Of a stretch of 45,063 nt of DNA, positions 25,123 through 35,620 are shown in pieces. Location of the stretch: the IMG/VR virus record IMGVR_UViG_3300025087_002150; one strand, 5' to 3'. Below the pieces are notes generated by a model that was not told where the DNA came from, searched no databases, and was given only the letters and a program-made list of their open reading frames with translations. The position numbers and the translations under genes are program-made. Positions within the stretch are counted from its first letter, which is position 1. Each line of letters starts with the position of its first letter. This DNA comes from a virus.

Positions 25123-25584
25123 ATGAAAAACAAAACATATCTAATGGCATTAACTCTTGGATTGCTAGTGATGACCATGGGTCTCGCATCCGCAGTAGAT
25201 TACAAGTGTGATACAAGCAAGGTAGATTTCAAGACCATTAAGAAGCCAAGTCTGAGCAAGAAATGGTGGGCTTCTTTCTGGCATCCCGAAACAGCCAAGT
25301 ATACCAGACTTGTGAAGTTACAGCAAGAAGTAAAGGCTGATATGGCGAATAATAGGAAGCCTCGTGATGTATCTGTAACGGCTTTAATAAAGGACAAAGC
25401 TATAGAAGTCAGAGGAACACCTTGTGAAGAAGTCTTTAAGGCAAGAAACAACAATTATCAGCCTTCAAGCCAAGAAACACAAGACAATCCTATCCCAGCA
25501 CCAGAGCCTATACCTTGCATCCCAGTAAAGTGCGAGAATGGATATAAGGGGCAAGTATGCTGTGATGACCCCAGAGAAAAATAG
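25123..25584 (+). CDS. Secreted hypothetical protein
   Basis: SD GGAGG, signal peptide, Cys/Pro-rich C-terminus. Confidence 0.7.
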   Translation: MKNKTYLMALTLGLLVMTMGLASAVDYKCDTSKVDFKTIKKPSLSKKWWASFWHPETAKYTRLVKLQQEVKADMANNRKPRDVSVTALIKDKAIEVRGTPCEEVFKARNNNYQPSSQETQDNPIPAPEPIPCIPVKCENGYKGQVCCDDPREK

Positions 25585-25596
25585 TTTTGACCAAAA

Positions 25597-28500
25597 ATGA
25601 AAAAATATGGCAAGCTTAACTTAATTTTATTTCTTTTTCTTATTCTATCATCTTTTATTTTTCTGATATTTTTTGCAGAAACCCCAGATTCACAACAAAC
25701 GGGGGGCGCACAAGGTACTTTCCGCATCATAGATGAGAATACTTACGAATCCTGCATCATCCAGAATCAAGAGAAGCAATGCTCCTTCGTGCAGGGCGAG
25801 AGGCAATGGTTCAGAGATGCGAATGGCGAGTTCAAGGAGTTCACAGAGATAACGAATCTCTCTCTCGAAGGCAATCTATATGTGTATCGCTGGCAGGTGC
25901 AGAATCTTTCCCTTAACATCACCAGAAGATGCGAGGAAGACCCATATACTCCAGAGCTGTTCTGCTGGAATGAAACGAGCTACATCAATAATCCAATCAA
26001 TCAATCAATCACCATAGACCTCGGAGTAGTGCATAGCCTAGCAGGAGAAGTCTATGCTAGCCAATTCAATACCTTCTCTGGAAATAGGTTTGGAAAGGTG
26101 GTGAAGAACAAGAGATGGCAATTCAAGGATAATATCACAATCCCGGCAGGTCAAGCGACAAGAATACAGCAAGTCCTCTATCACATCGTGAACTCCAGCG
26201 TGCCAGCAAGGTATTCAAGCAATGGCGATAAAATGTATTTCGGGAATCTGTACATAGACTTTGGCGACCCAGCATATAATGTCACGATAATCAATTCTAC
26301 CAGAATCTCTATGAGAAACTGGACAGGCACGAACTTCGGAAAGCAGAGAATAGATATAGACCCGACAATAGCTCCCCAAGCCATAGAGGATGTATATACA
26401 TTCGTCTCTCCCGCCATCCCCGGAACAGAGCATGGTCATCAGGCATTTCTCAAGTTCAATATGACTTCTTTGCCTTCAGGAATCAAAATCACAGATGCCG
26501 CGCTCACACTCAATGCCACAGCTACAGGATTAAGCGGAGGAGCAACAATCGCAGTCTATAACTGCACTGCTGAATGGACAGAAGGAAGTGCCTATGCAAC
26601 AGTAGCTGGAATGCCTTGCACCATCAATTCTTGGAACTCTACTGCTGCATTGACGACCGGATTGAAGTACTGGAATGTCACCTCTATTATGGATGGATTA
26701 TACAAAGCTGGAGTAATAGGAAACATCTCTTTCAGGTTGAACGCAACAGCCGACACACAGGGAACAACCCTGAATGATGGCACAACTCTTAAGATAGGGA
26801 ATGGCGATACTGGAGGGTCGCCAAATGCCAATGTATGGACTGAGTTCCATTCCAGAGAAGCCACGCAAGACCAGCCAGCAACGCCATATCTGAATATTAC
26901 TTACCTCACATCGACAAGCATCTCCGCCTGCACAACTCTAGACATTCCCGGAATGGTCTACAACCTCACATCATCCATCACGAACAGCGCAACAAGCTAC
27001 TGCATCAATATAAGCACCAACAACATCACCCTTGATTGTGGAGGCAATACGATAGATGGGAATGATGTTGCTACTTACGGAATCTGGACTACCAATACAA
27101 GCGCAAAGAATTTCGGAAACATAACCATCCAGAACTGCAAGCTCACAGACTGGGCGAGAGCAGGAATCTACCTCGCAGCTATGGACAACAGCACTCTAAG
27201 ATGGCTTAATGTATCTTCTTCGGCAACGAATGGAATAAGGGTAATCAATTCTAACAATACGATAATAGAGCACATAAGAACAGAGTATTCTAATGGTGCA
27301 AGGGGGATAGATATGGCAGTCTCCAGCAACTTCTTACTCAATAATATCACTTCGTATGGGAACGGAGCAGATGGAATCCGTATCACAGGAACATCAGGAG
27401 CAGCAGGCAACTCGCAGGGCAGAGTGATAAATACTACGATATTATACAATGGTGGCAGGGGCTTGAGGTTAGACACTTTGTTTAATGTCTATATAAATAA
27501 TCTAAATTCCTCTCATAACGCCTTGGCTGGGATGGATTTCATTTCAGCAGACGGAAGTGTTCTTATCAATTCTACAATCAACCATAATCTCAGGGAAGGG
27601 ATAGCAGGCTCTTTCGGTGCAGATAAGATGAATATCTCTAATAACAATATAGTGAACAACTCATGGGCAGGAATCTCGCACCAGCCGACTTTCGGGTTCA
27701 GAAATGCTTTCATCTACAACAATTTCTTCAATAACTCAGTGAATGTGAATGTCTCAAATGTTGGTGCAGCAGGAACTGCCACATCATATAACTTCACGAA
27801 AGTGAATGGCACGAGAGTATATGGTGCAGGAGCTTTGCTCGGAGGGAATTACTGGGCGAACTGGACAGGAGGAGGCATAGGCTTCTCCCAATCCTGCGCA
27901 GATGCGAACTTTGATGGCTTCTGCGATGCGAATTATACATTGAATATCAATGGTTCAATAATAACAGCAGATTACCTTCCATATAGTGATGGCTATGATG
28001 ATGGTTTGCCATCCTTCGTAGAAATCCCTGCGACCATGGGGAATGCCTCAAATGTATCCAGCACTACAGCATACTTCAACATAACTGCCTTTGACTTGAC
28101 GACAGACATCAGCACTTGCTTCCTATCCATCTTTCTTCCAGGAACTACAGGACTTTCAAACAAGACCATGACCAAAGACCTTGTAAGCACAAATGTAACC
28201 TGCAACTCCACACAATCATTCAATCCTTTCTTCCAAGGCGCATTCACTTGGAAGTTCCTCGCCAATGATTCCTCCAACAATTGGAATCAGACATCTCTCT
28301 TCTCGGGAGTATTCGATAGCATCGCTCCATTCGTTGGCTACACAACACTCACTCCAGATAATGCCTCTACTTCCACAGGCTCAATCCTCGTGAATGCAAC
28401 ATCGGGAGATGAAACAACAGGCATAGCAAACCTCACCTTCACCCTGACAAATATCACAGGAAGTGACATGACAGAACTCAACAGGACTTTCATCTCTGGC

Positions 28501-29823
28501 TTCTACAACTACTCCCTGAATTTTACCTCCCTTGCGAGCGGCACATACTTGTTCAATGTCACAGCGACAGATTTCGCAGGGAATAAGAATACTACAGAGA
28601 GGAGGACTGTGACGATAAGTGCTGATTCTAATTTGCCTATTATTGAAATAATTTCCCCTACAATAGCTAATGCGACAAATACTTCGTTAACAACTTTTTA
28701 CTTCAACGCAACAATATGGGATGCGACAAGTAGTATAAGCTTCTGCCTTCTAGATTTAGATGCTGTAAATTTCACCATGACAAAGGCAAACAATCCTTCT
28801 GGTGCATCTAATGTTACCTGTAATTACACTGCAAGCGGACTTGCAGAAGGCAGACATCTCTGGAGCATCTCCGCAAACGACACGATTCCAAATGGGAATC
28901 GGACAGGCACGTTCCAATTCACGCAGGATACTATAAAACCTTTCATAGACTATATTGGTTTTACCCCTATAAATAATACAAATCTGACTAATGTAACTTC
29001 TATCTATGTAAATGCAACATCTTCTGATATGACGACAGGTATTGCTAATCTCACCTTTCTTTTAGTGAATATCTCTAACTCCTTTATGACAGAACTCAAC
29101 AGGACTTTCATCTATGGCTTCCACAACTATACACTAAATTTCACAAATTTGCTTAATGGGACTTATCTCTATAATATTACAGCATCTGATAATGCGGGAA
29201 ATAAGAACACTACAGAAAGAAGGACAATTACCATCAATACTACGATAGCCCCTGCGCCTCCGCCCCCTTCAGGAGGCACAGGAGGCTCTCCAGGAGCGAA
29301 TTACTCAGTAAATAAAACCAAAGAACCAGAATTTCTCATAATACTTGATACAAAGCCCTTGTGGTTTACTAGAGAGAAGAAGATGAAGCTTAACGTCATC
29401 TTCAGGTATGATAACTGGAGTTATGTTGATTCAAGTTATATAATAGGGACTTCTCCCCCAGACTTCAAATTCAAGGTTATTGGCGTAGAAAATCTAGGGG
29501 TTGGTAGGACAGATATTCTCTTCAATATCTCATCTGCCAGAGAAGGCAACTATAATGTGACTATCTATGCTAACTTCAAGTCAGAGACTATTAGTTTTGA
29601 AATCCTTGAATTGAAGGTTTTCGTTCTTGATTATATGGAAGGAATTGGCAGGAAGATAATGCCGAAGAATCCTAAGGTAGGATTTATATTGCTTCTAGTC
29701 ATCATACTCATAGCCCTCTATGTCTTGTTTACCAGCAGGCTTATTGAGAGGGGCTACAAGAAGGTCAGGAGAAAGTGGAAGCACCATAAAATTAAGGAGA
29801 GGATGGCAACTACACAGCAGTAA
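25597..29823 (+). CDS. Giant adhesin: CBM96-like module, right-handed beta-helix (NosD-like), Ig-like repeats, C-terminal TM
   Basis: AFLKFNMTSLPSG; ITLDCGGNTIDG; IYNNFFNN...GGNYW; duplicated Ig unit; dozens of NxS/T sequons. Confidence 0.85.
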   Translation: MKKYGKLNLILFLFLILSSFIFLIFFAETPDSQQTGGAQGTFRIIDENTYESCIIQNQEKQCSFVQGERQWFRDANGEFKEFTEITNLSLEGNLYVYRWQVQNLSLNITRRCEEDPYTPELFCWNETSYINNPINQSITIDLGVVHSLAGEVYASQFNTFSGNRFGKVVKNKRWQFKDNITIPAGQATRIQQVLYHIVNSSVPARYSSNGDKMYFGNLYIDFGDPAYNVTIINSTRISMRNWTGTNFGKQRIDIDPTIAPQAIEDVYTFVSPAIPGTEHGHQAFLKFNMTSLPSGIKITDAALTLNATATGLSGGATIAVYNCTAEWTEGSAYATVAGMPCTINSWNSTAALTTGLKYWNVTSIMDGLYKAGVIGNISFRLNATADTQGTTLNDGTTLKIGNGDTGGSPNANVWTEFHSREATQDQPATPYLNITYLTSTSISACTTLDIPGMVYNLTSSITNSATSYCINISTNNITLDCGGNTIDGNDVATYGIWTTNTSAKNFGNITIQNCKLTDWARAGIYLAAMDNSTLRWLNVSSSATNGIRVINSNNTIIEHIRTEYSNGARGIDMAVSSNFLLNNITSYGNGADGIRITGTSGAAGNSQGRVINTTILYNGGRGLRLDTLFNVYINNLNSSHNALAGMDFISADGSVLINSTINHNLREGIAGSFGADKMNISNNNIVNNSWAGISHQPTFGFRNAFIYNNFFNNSVNVNVSNVGAAGTATSYNFTKVNGTRVYGAGALLGGNYWANWTGGGIGFSQSCADANFDGFCDANYTLNINGSIITADYLPYSDGYDDGLPSFVEIPATMGNASNVSSTTAYFNITAFDLTTDISTCFLSIFLPGTTGLSNKTMTKDLVSTNVTCNSTQSFNPFFQGAFTWKFLANDSSNNWNQTSLFSGVFDSIAPFVGYTTLTPDNASTSTGSILVNATSGDETTGIANLTFTLTNITGSDMTELNRTFISGFYNYSLNFTSLASGTYLFNVTATDFAGNKNTTERRTVTISADSNLPIIEIISPTIANATNTSLTTFYFNATIWDATSSISFCLLDLDAVNFTMTKANNPSGASNVTCNYTASGLAEGRHLWSISANDTIPNGNRTGTFQFTQDTIKPFIDYIGFTPINNTNLTNVTSIYVNATSSDMTTGIANLTFLLVNISNSFMTELNRTFIYGFHNYTLNFTNLLNGTYLYNITASDNAGNKNTTERRTITINTTIAPAPPPPSGGTGGSPGANYSVNKTKEPEFLIILDTKPLWFTREKKMKLNVIFRYDNWSYVDSSYIIGTSPPDFKFKVIGVENLGVGRTDILFNISSAREGNYNVTIYANFKSETISFEILELKVFVLDYMEGIGRKIMPKNPKVGFILLLVIILIALYVLFTSRLIERGYKKVRRKWKHHKIKERMATTQQ

Positions 29824-29889
29824 TTACGAACAATATTTAAAGGATAAGGGCTTACCCTTTGCTGTGGGATTTTGGGGAGATAAATAAAA

Positions 29890-30033
29890 ATGGCAGGTAA
29901 AAACAAGGAAATACCTATCTTGAAATGCAGATATTGCGACCAGAAAATAAGCGGAGTATACGAGAAGATAGCCATCCATAATCTTAAAGCTCACGAGGAA
30001 AATTGCAGATGGAACAAAAAAAGAAAGAGATAA
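29890..30033 (+). CDS. 47-aa C2HC Zn-finger protein
   Basis: Manual translation MAGKNKEIPILKCRYC...HEENCRWNKKRKR. Confidence 0.65.
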   Translation: MAGKNKEIPILKCRYCDQKISGVYEKIAIHNLKAHEENCRWNKKRKR

Positions 30034-30038
30034 TAGAA

Positions 30039-32387
30039 ATGAGGGTTATTAATTTAGGGTTGTTTGGGCTGATTTTGATACTTTCCATAGTGGCTATCGT
30101 TAAGATAGTTTCTGCTACAGATATTACTGCGTGTACTTCAATAAATTCTTCTGGAGTCTATACCTTAACTCAAGATATTTTAAATTCCACTACTAGTTAC
30201 TGTATGAATATTTCAGTAAGCGATGTGGTGCTGGATTGCCAGGGTTACTTAATAGATGGCAACGATATTAAAAAGTGGGCAATTTGGGCCAAAGGAGAAA
30301 ATACGCTCACGAACATAACAATCCAGAATTGCGCAATCACAGACTGGAACTCTTCGATGTTTACTGGTAATATAGAAAACCTGACTATACTCTCAATGAA
30401 CTTCTCTTCTAATCTTGCAACAGGGCAATTAGGGCCAGGCTCCACGTCGCTTTTATACATTATAGATATTAAGAATGGAACTCTTAGCAATCTTTCTTTC
30501 GTTCAGAATCTGGATGGTGCGGTCACAAATTATGTCATCACTATTTCAAATTCTACTGGAATTTCATTGAGTAATACTACTATCTTCCAAGATGGCTTGG
30601 GTTGGTATACGGATGGGATTTATATAGAGGGCGTGAATTCAAGTAAATTTAGGAATATATACATGAATGGAACTCTCTTCGGCATGGGGGGCATGGAATT
30701 ATCGTGGTATACGCATCATAATACTTTTTCAGAAATATTAATTAACATACAACCAACATTTATTCTGGGTCATATATTCACTGGAGTGACAACTTATAGC
30801 AATACCTTCATTAATATAACCACAATAAATCCCAGAAACAACCCTGACTCCACAGGCGGGTCGGGGGTATATACTGGGCTTTATTTACAGGGAGATAATA
30901 ATACCGTGATAAATCTAACTTCTAAACAACATCAAGTTGGATTGACTATTCAAGGAAGTGGTAATCTAATAATGAATTCAACAATAGATACGAATAACCT
31001 TTCTTTTAATTATCTTGCAAAAACTCCTCCTACAGGTATTCTAATATTCTCAACCCAAGCCAATTCAACAAGAAATAATATCAGCTTTAACAGAATAGTC
31101 AATAATCCAAATGGCTTGGTTCTTTCGGGCAGAACTAATGAAACATTAATCTACAACAATTTCTTTAATAATACACTTAATTTCAATCTATCCCCTTATG
31201 TCTCATACTCTACTCTCTCCTTCGGACATAACAACTGGAATGTAACAAAGCAGAACGGCACGAGAATCTATACGAGATATAGTGAAATAGGTGGGAATTA
31301 TTATGCACAACCAAATTCAAAGGGATATTCCCAAATCTGTAAGGATGGAGATTTTGATGGCTTCTGTGATATAGCCTATAACATAACTACTGATGGAAAT
31401 AATACAGATTACCTTCCATTAACTCATTATACGGGAGCACCAATAGTTGCAATTTCTCCATGCCCCATATTCTCTAACTGTCGTACAAACCGTCCCATGT
31501 ATCTTGACGCCAACATTTCTAAGAACGCTACCGAAGGAGATAGCCTATCAGCAAACTTTACGCTTGTTCACCCAAATGGAAGCTATTATGTAGATATGTT
31601 TGATAGGCAATTTGTGAGCTTGAATGGAACCTTCATCTCATCGAGTGGCTCAGGTGATGATGTCTATGAGATATGGAGAAGCCCAAACTTTACCTGCTCA
31701 ACAGATGACTGCTTACCTACTTGGATTTCAAATGTTACAGCCTTTGATGGCAAGCAATCAAATACATCTTCAGCGAATTTTAATATAACAGATAGTAGCC
31801 CACCAATATCAACAAACAATTTACCTCAATATCCAGCCTTTAACTCAACGGTGAACGTATCATTTACCTTTATTGATAATGTCAATTTATCTTTCTGCTC
31901 TGTAAGGGTGAATATATCAAATACTATCATTGGTGAGACATCTTCAGCTTGTTTTGGTAAGAGCTTCATCCTCACAATGGATATACTTTTCAACCATTCT
32001 GTAGCCACTCTTTACATCCTTTCTTACGATATGAATGATACAGCAAATAACAGAAATAATAGCTTTGGTAGTGAGTATATCAGTTTAGCGGGCGGAGGCT
32101 CACTACCTGGCGGGGGCAGTTTCGGAGTTGGAAAGAACCAGTATTTTGTAATCAGTTCTGGCTGTGGCAACAATATCTGCGAATATGCCTTAAATGAAAC
32201 TATAACCTGTCCTCAGGATTGCGGGGGTGCAAAGACAGCCCTAGGGCTGTCCTTCAATTTGGAGAAGAATTGGTTTCTGGGAGCTGTTTTATTTGGACTA
32301 TTGATGCTTATAATCTATGAATATGGGGTAAGACCAAGAAAGGTCAAGGTTCGTGATGGAAGCAAAGCAAGAATTATTAGGGGGTAA
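30039..32387 (+). CDS. Beta-helix (NosD/pectin-lyase-like) surface protein with C-terminal TM
   Basis: ITACTSI...VVLDCQGYLIDG; IYNNFFNN...GGNYY; CGNNICE..ETITCPQDC; track ORF 30003..32387. Confidence 0.85.
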   Translation: MRVINLGLFGLILILSIVAIVKIVSATDITACTSINSSGVYTLTQDILNSTTSYCMNISVSDVVLDCQGYLIDGNDIKKWAIWAKGENTLTNITIQNCAITDWNSSMFTGNIENLTILSMNFSSNLATGQLGPGSTSLLYIIDIKNGTLSNLSFVQNLDGAVTNYVITISNSTGISLSNTTIFQDGLGWYTDGIYIEGVNSSKFRNIYMNGTLFGMGGMELSWYTHHNTFSEILINIQPTFILGHIFTGVTTYSNTFINITTINPRNNPDSTGGSGVYTGLYLQGDNNTVINLTSKQHQVGLTIQGSGNLIMNSTIDTNNLSFNYLAKTPPTGILIFSTQANSTRNNISFNRIVNNPNGLVLSGRTNETLIYNNFFNNTLNFNLSPYVSYSTLSFGHNNWNVTKQNGTRIYTRYSEIGGNYYAQPNSKGYSQICKDGDFDGFCDIAYNITTDGNNTDYLPLTHYTGAPIVAISPCPIFSNCRTNRPMYLDANISKNATEGDSLSANFTLVHPNGSYYVDMFDRQFVSLNGTFISSSGSGDDVYEIWRSPNFTCSTDDCLPTWISNVTAFDGKQSNTSSANFNITDSSPPISTNNLPQYPAFNSTVNVSFTFIDNVNLSFCSVRVNISNTIIGETSSACFGKSFILTMDILFNHSVATLYILSYDMNDTANNRNNSFGSEYISLAGGGSLPGGGSFGVGKNQYFVISSGCGNNICEYALNETITCPQDCGGAKTALGLSFNLEKNWFLGAVLFGLLMLIIYEYGVRPRKVKVRDGSKARIIRG

Positions 32388-32694
32388 ATGTCGTTGTGGG
32401 AAGCCTCTAATAGAAAACCGAGGACAAAAAAGAAAATTTTGTTCTCCAAAATGCAGGGCTTTGCACTTTTACTACAAAAGAAGAAATGATGAAGAATACA
32501 AAAGAAAAGCATACGAAAAGTTCACTAATTGGAGAAAAAAGAATAAGAAGAGATTTAATTTACTTGTTAGAAAGTGGCAAAAAGCTCATCCAGAAAAAGT
32601 AAGAAGATGGCAACGCCTATGGAGAGCCAGAAAGAAACAAGAATATGAGAATGAGAACAAGAGTCCTAGTACAAAAAAGAAGGAGAAAGCTTAA
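32353..32694 (+). CDS. Zn-finger basic protein
   Basis: CRCGK...KFCSPKCR plus basic helical tail. Confidence 0.7.
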   Translation: MMEAKQELLGGKCRCGKPLIENRGQKRKFCSPKCRALHFYYKRRNDEEYKRKAYEKFTNWRKKNKKRFNLLVRKWQKAHPEKVRRWQRLWRARKKQEYENENKSPSTKKKEKA

Positions 32695-32712
32695 AAGGAG
32701 AGTCAGGAGAGC

Positions 32713-33150
32713 ATGGAGCACGGGAAAGCTGATAAGATAAATAGTAAAATCTTGGGAGTAACATTACTCTTAATCCTACTGGTTGGGACAATCCTATTTG
32801 TTTATTTTGAAGGGAAAAGAACACAGGCGAAAGAAATTCTTGGTATCATATACAGACTTGAAGCCTTAGATGGCATAGAAAAGATGGAACAGACTTGCCA
32901 GAGCAACTGCCGAAAGCAGGAGTATAATACATCTACTCTTCAAACCTGTTATGATGAATGTCTCGCCCTCGGATGTGGGGTAAGGGGTGTTCTTAACCTG
33001 ACTACTGATAAGGAGCTTGCTGGACTAGGTGAGCAGGATGAAAGGAATATAAATGAACTAAGATTCGGAGGGGTCATAACAGAAGAGGAAAGCAATGAGA
33101 TAGTAAGAAAATGTGGGCTAGACAGGATTTTTGATAGTTACGGAAAATGA
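32713..33150 (+). CDS. Membrane-anchored Cys-containing protein
   Basis: N-terminal TM. Confidence 0.65.
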   Translation: MEHGKADKINSKILGVTLLLILLVGTILFVYFEGKRTQAKEILGIIYRLEALDGIEKMEQTCQSNCRKQEYNTSTLQTCYDECLALGCGVRGVLNLTTDKELAGLGEQDERNINELRFGGVITEEESNEIVRKCGLDRIFDSYGK

Positions 33151-33785
33151 TATTCAAAAAAGACAGGGACAAATGCAAATGTGGGGGGATGAAATGTGGG
33201 GAAAGTAAAATTTGCAGTAAATGCTATAGGGCAAATAAGTATAAAAATGTAGGCAGGCTCTTGAAAAGGAAGAGAGAAATGGGGATTTTAATCCCAATAT
33301 TGCTATCCTTCTTAATCTATGGATGCTCTTTAGGAGAAGATACCCAATATGCAATCATTTTTGATGTTACTGATTCCGATACTATTGTAGTTAATGATGC
33401 AGGGGGAAACGAAGTAATCGTCAGAGTTTTGGGAATCGATGCAATAGATGTTTCAAAAGACCGCATAGGAAAGTGGCAAGAAATGAATCTTTCCGAAGAG
33501 CGAATAAGATTATGCTACAAAGAAGGGATAGAAAAATCTATGGAATGGATTGATAAGGAAATCGTTCTTATTTCTGACCCAAATGAGCCAGATAAAGACA
33601 GATATGATAGATTGCTCCGCTATGTGACAACTATAGATAATGGCAGAGATTTTGGGTCAGAAATGATTTTAGGAGGCTATGCTATTGCCTATGACCCTTC
33701 AAAAAAGCGGTGCCAGAACTGCGGTTTCTATAAGCTAGTGGAAGAGGATACAAGGAAGGCAAAAGCGGGATGTTTATGGAAATGA
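33147..33785 (+). CDS. Thermonuclease (SNase-like), exported, with in-frame N-terminal Cys4 segment
   Basis: VTDSDTIVV, VRVLGIDA, DRYDRLLRYV, GGYA motifs; LLSFLIYGC hydrophobic/lipobox-like leader. Confidence 0.85.
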   Translation: MIFKKDRDKCKCGGMKCGESKICSKCYRANKYKNVGRLLKRKREMGILIPILLSFLIYGCSLGEDTQYAIIFDVTDSDTIVVNDAGGNEVIVRVLGIDAIDVSKDRIGKWQEMNLSEERIRLCYKEGIEKSMEWIDKEIVLISDPNEPDKDRYDRLLRYVTTIDNGRDFGSEMILGGYAIAYDPSKKRCQNCGFYKLVEEDTRKAKAGCLWK

Positions 33786-33937
33786 CACAAAGAGAATTAA
33801 ATTGGCATATGGGATTAGGAACAGGATTTACACTTCTAGGAATATATCTTTTGGTTTATCATTATCCAAGCCATGTTACTGGAGTTATAGGGAGTGCATT
33901 TTTTGGAATTGGAGTTGGTTTTATTTGTAGGAAATAA
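33782..33937 (+). CDS. 51-aa two-TM protein
   Basis: Manual translation; ATGA-coupled. Confidence 0.6.
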   Translation: MTQRELNWHMGLGTGFTLLGIYLLVYHYPSHVTGVIGSAFFGIGVGFICRK

Positions 33938-33964
33938 GGACAAGATATTTTTGGAGGTGAAAAA

Positions 33965-34324
33965 ATGCAATCTTCCCTCAATAAAGAAAGGAAAGAAATA
34001 AGGGTGTCTATGATAGTTCTTGCTATTCTGATAGCTTTAGGTTTCTTAGCATTAAGGTATGATATTCAGCACTTGAGCGTTGATGTAGAAATCCCTGCGG
34101 ACATTTACCCCTATCCAACCTCCCCACCTGTTGTCAGCCTGCCCTTCTCTTCTCTGCCAGAGAACGATACTACTTATAATGAGTTCGCTTATGAAGTCTT
34201 TGGAGCATACCTAAGTGATAACTGCTTTTATGATAACTTGCAGAAGACTACTTTTGAGAATGGGAGCAGGGAATATCTATTTAAGGTGACTTGTAACTAT
34301 CTCTTTCCATCCCCCCCACACTGA
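33965..34324 (+). CDS. Membrane-anchored hypothetical protein, last late gene
   Basis: SD GGAGGTG, N-terminal TM. Confidence 0.7.
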   Translation: MQSSLNKERKEIRVSMIVLAILIALGFLALRYDIQHLSVDVEIPADIYPYPTSPPVVSLPFSSLPENDTTYNEFAYEVFGAYLSDNCFYDNLQKTTFENGSREYLFKVTCNYLFPSPPH

Positions 34325-34396
34325 CTACTTCTCGCTTTTCTTCAAGTCCCGAACTTTGCGAACTTCCGAACTGCTTATCTCTTTCATTTTATGCTC

Positions 34397-35578
34397 TCAT
34401 CTCAACAATTTTCGGTATTTGAAATAAGATGTGCGACCAAGCCCACTCACCTCGACAAAGTTCCTAACCTGCTCCTTGACCGAGCCAGAGCTTCTCATAG
34501 CTTCCCTCACCATAGCCAGAGTTTCATTATCTCTCAACACTTCTTTAGCCAAATCCTTCCAACCATCAGAATGTCTGTATAATGAAAAAAGAGCATAGAG
34601 CTTCGGAAGTGTCCTGAAATTAAGATTGATTGTGGCTTCAGATGTATTCTCCTTAACCCATTTAGCCACCCCAACCCTCTCTTTCAAGGTTAAATCTTCA
34701 TAAGGCAGTTTTGCAAATTCAAATAACAACTTTATCTTCTCCTTGTAGGAGAACTCAAGCTGACGGAGATAGCCTCTGTCTATAACTGCCTTTATATTCT
34801 CATCATTAAGATTAAGAGTATTTGAGAGAAGAAAGACCTTCCCTTTAAATTCAAACCTTTTTGGCATACCTATATCTTTTGAAGTATTGTAATTGATGTA
34901 TCTCTTTTCCCCTATTCCCCACAAGGCACTTTTTAGCATACCAACATTCAGGGGAGAATTGAATATGCCTTCAACATCATCTAATATTATAGACTTATCT
35001 TGATTATCAAAAAAGAATTCGTAAAGAGCAAGAGGTGTGCTGTAAGTATTAAGATAGGCAATATCAACCTTCATCTCTTTAAGAGTTTTGAGCATCAAGA
35101 AGCTCTTGCCAAAACCAGCTTCAGAGATTAAGAATAATGAATGAACATCAGGGCTTTGGAGAACTGCTCTCACCAAGTCTTTAACAACCTTGAAATGTTT
35201 TTCTACATCCACTTCCTTCTGTTCTGTGATAGCTATAAGCTCTTTCTCCCATTCCTCTTTAACTTTTGCTTCGTATTCCTGCATCTGCACTTCCTGTAAG
35301 TGTGCCTCGTGTTCCTTGTGCTTCAGCTTCTCTTTCTTATGCTCTTGAATGAAAGCTCTTAACTTATCGGCTATCTCTTGCTTTGCTTCGTGATAATTAA
35401 GAGAACTATCATAGTGGGCTTCTATATCAAAGCTCTGGCTATCAAGCCCAGCTTTCTGAAATTCCTTCTCCACCAATCTCTTTATAAGAGTTTTCTCGTA
35501 TTCTATCCGTGCCTTCTGGCTTACTCTGAATGTTCCTTTACTTTGCATCATCTCACAACTCCCCGAAAGGAAGGCCAT
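34397..35578 (-). CDS. AAA+ ATPase with probable C-terminal HTH
   Basis: Walker A SEAGFGKS, Walker B IILDDVE, sensor LLSN, DRG finger, GLGRTSYFKY tail. Confidence 0.8.
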   Translation of the reverse strand: MAFLSGSCEMMQSKGTFRVSQKARIEYEKTLIKRLVEKEFQKAGLDSQSFDIEAHYDSSLNYHEAKQEIADKLRAFIQEHKKEKLKHKEHEAHLQEVQMQEYEAKVKEEWEKELIAITEQKEVDVEKHFKVVKDLVRAVLQSPDVHSLFLISEAGFGKSFLMLKTLKEMKVDIAYLNTYSTPLALYEFFFDNQDKSIILDDVEGIFNSPLNVGMLKSALWGIGEKRYINYNTSKDIGMPKRFEFKGKVFLLSNTLNLNDENIKAVIDRGYLRQLEFSYKEKIKLLFEFAKLPYEDLTLKERVGVAKWVKENTSEATINLNFRTLPKLYALFSLYRHSDGWKDLAKEVLRDNETLAMVREAMRSSGSVKEQVRNFVEVSGLGRTSYFKYRKLLR

Positions 35579-35620
35579 CCCCCATTAAGCTTCCTAAGAT
35601 TATTTGCTCTGATATTTTGT

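Noticed and set aside
8216-34324. Tailed-phage morphogenesis module
   Set aside because: No terminase nuclease, portal, HK97 or tape-measure signatures; proteins are mostly membrane-anchored
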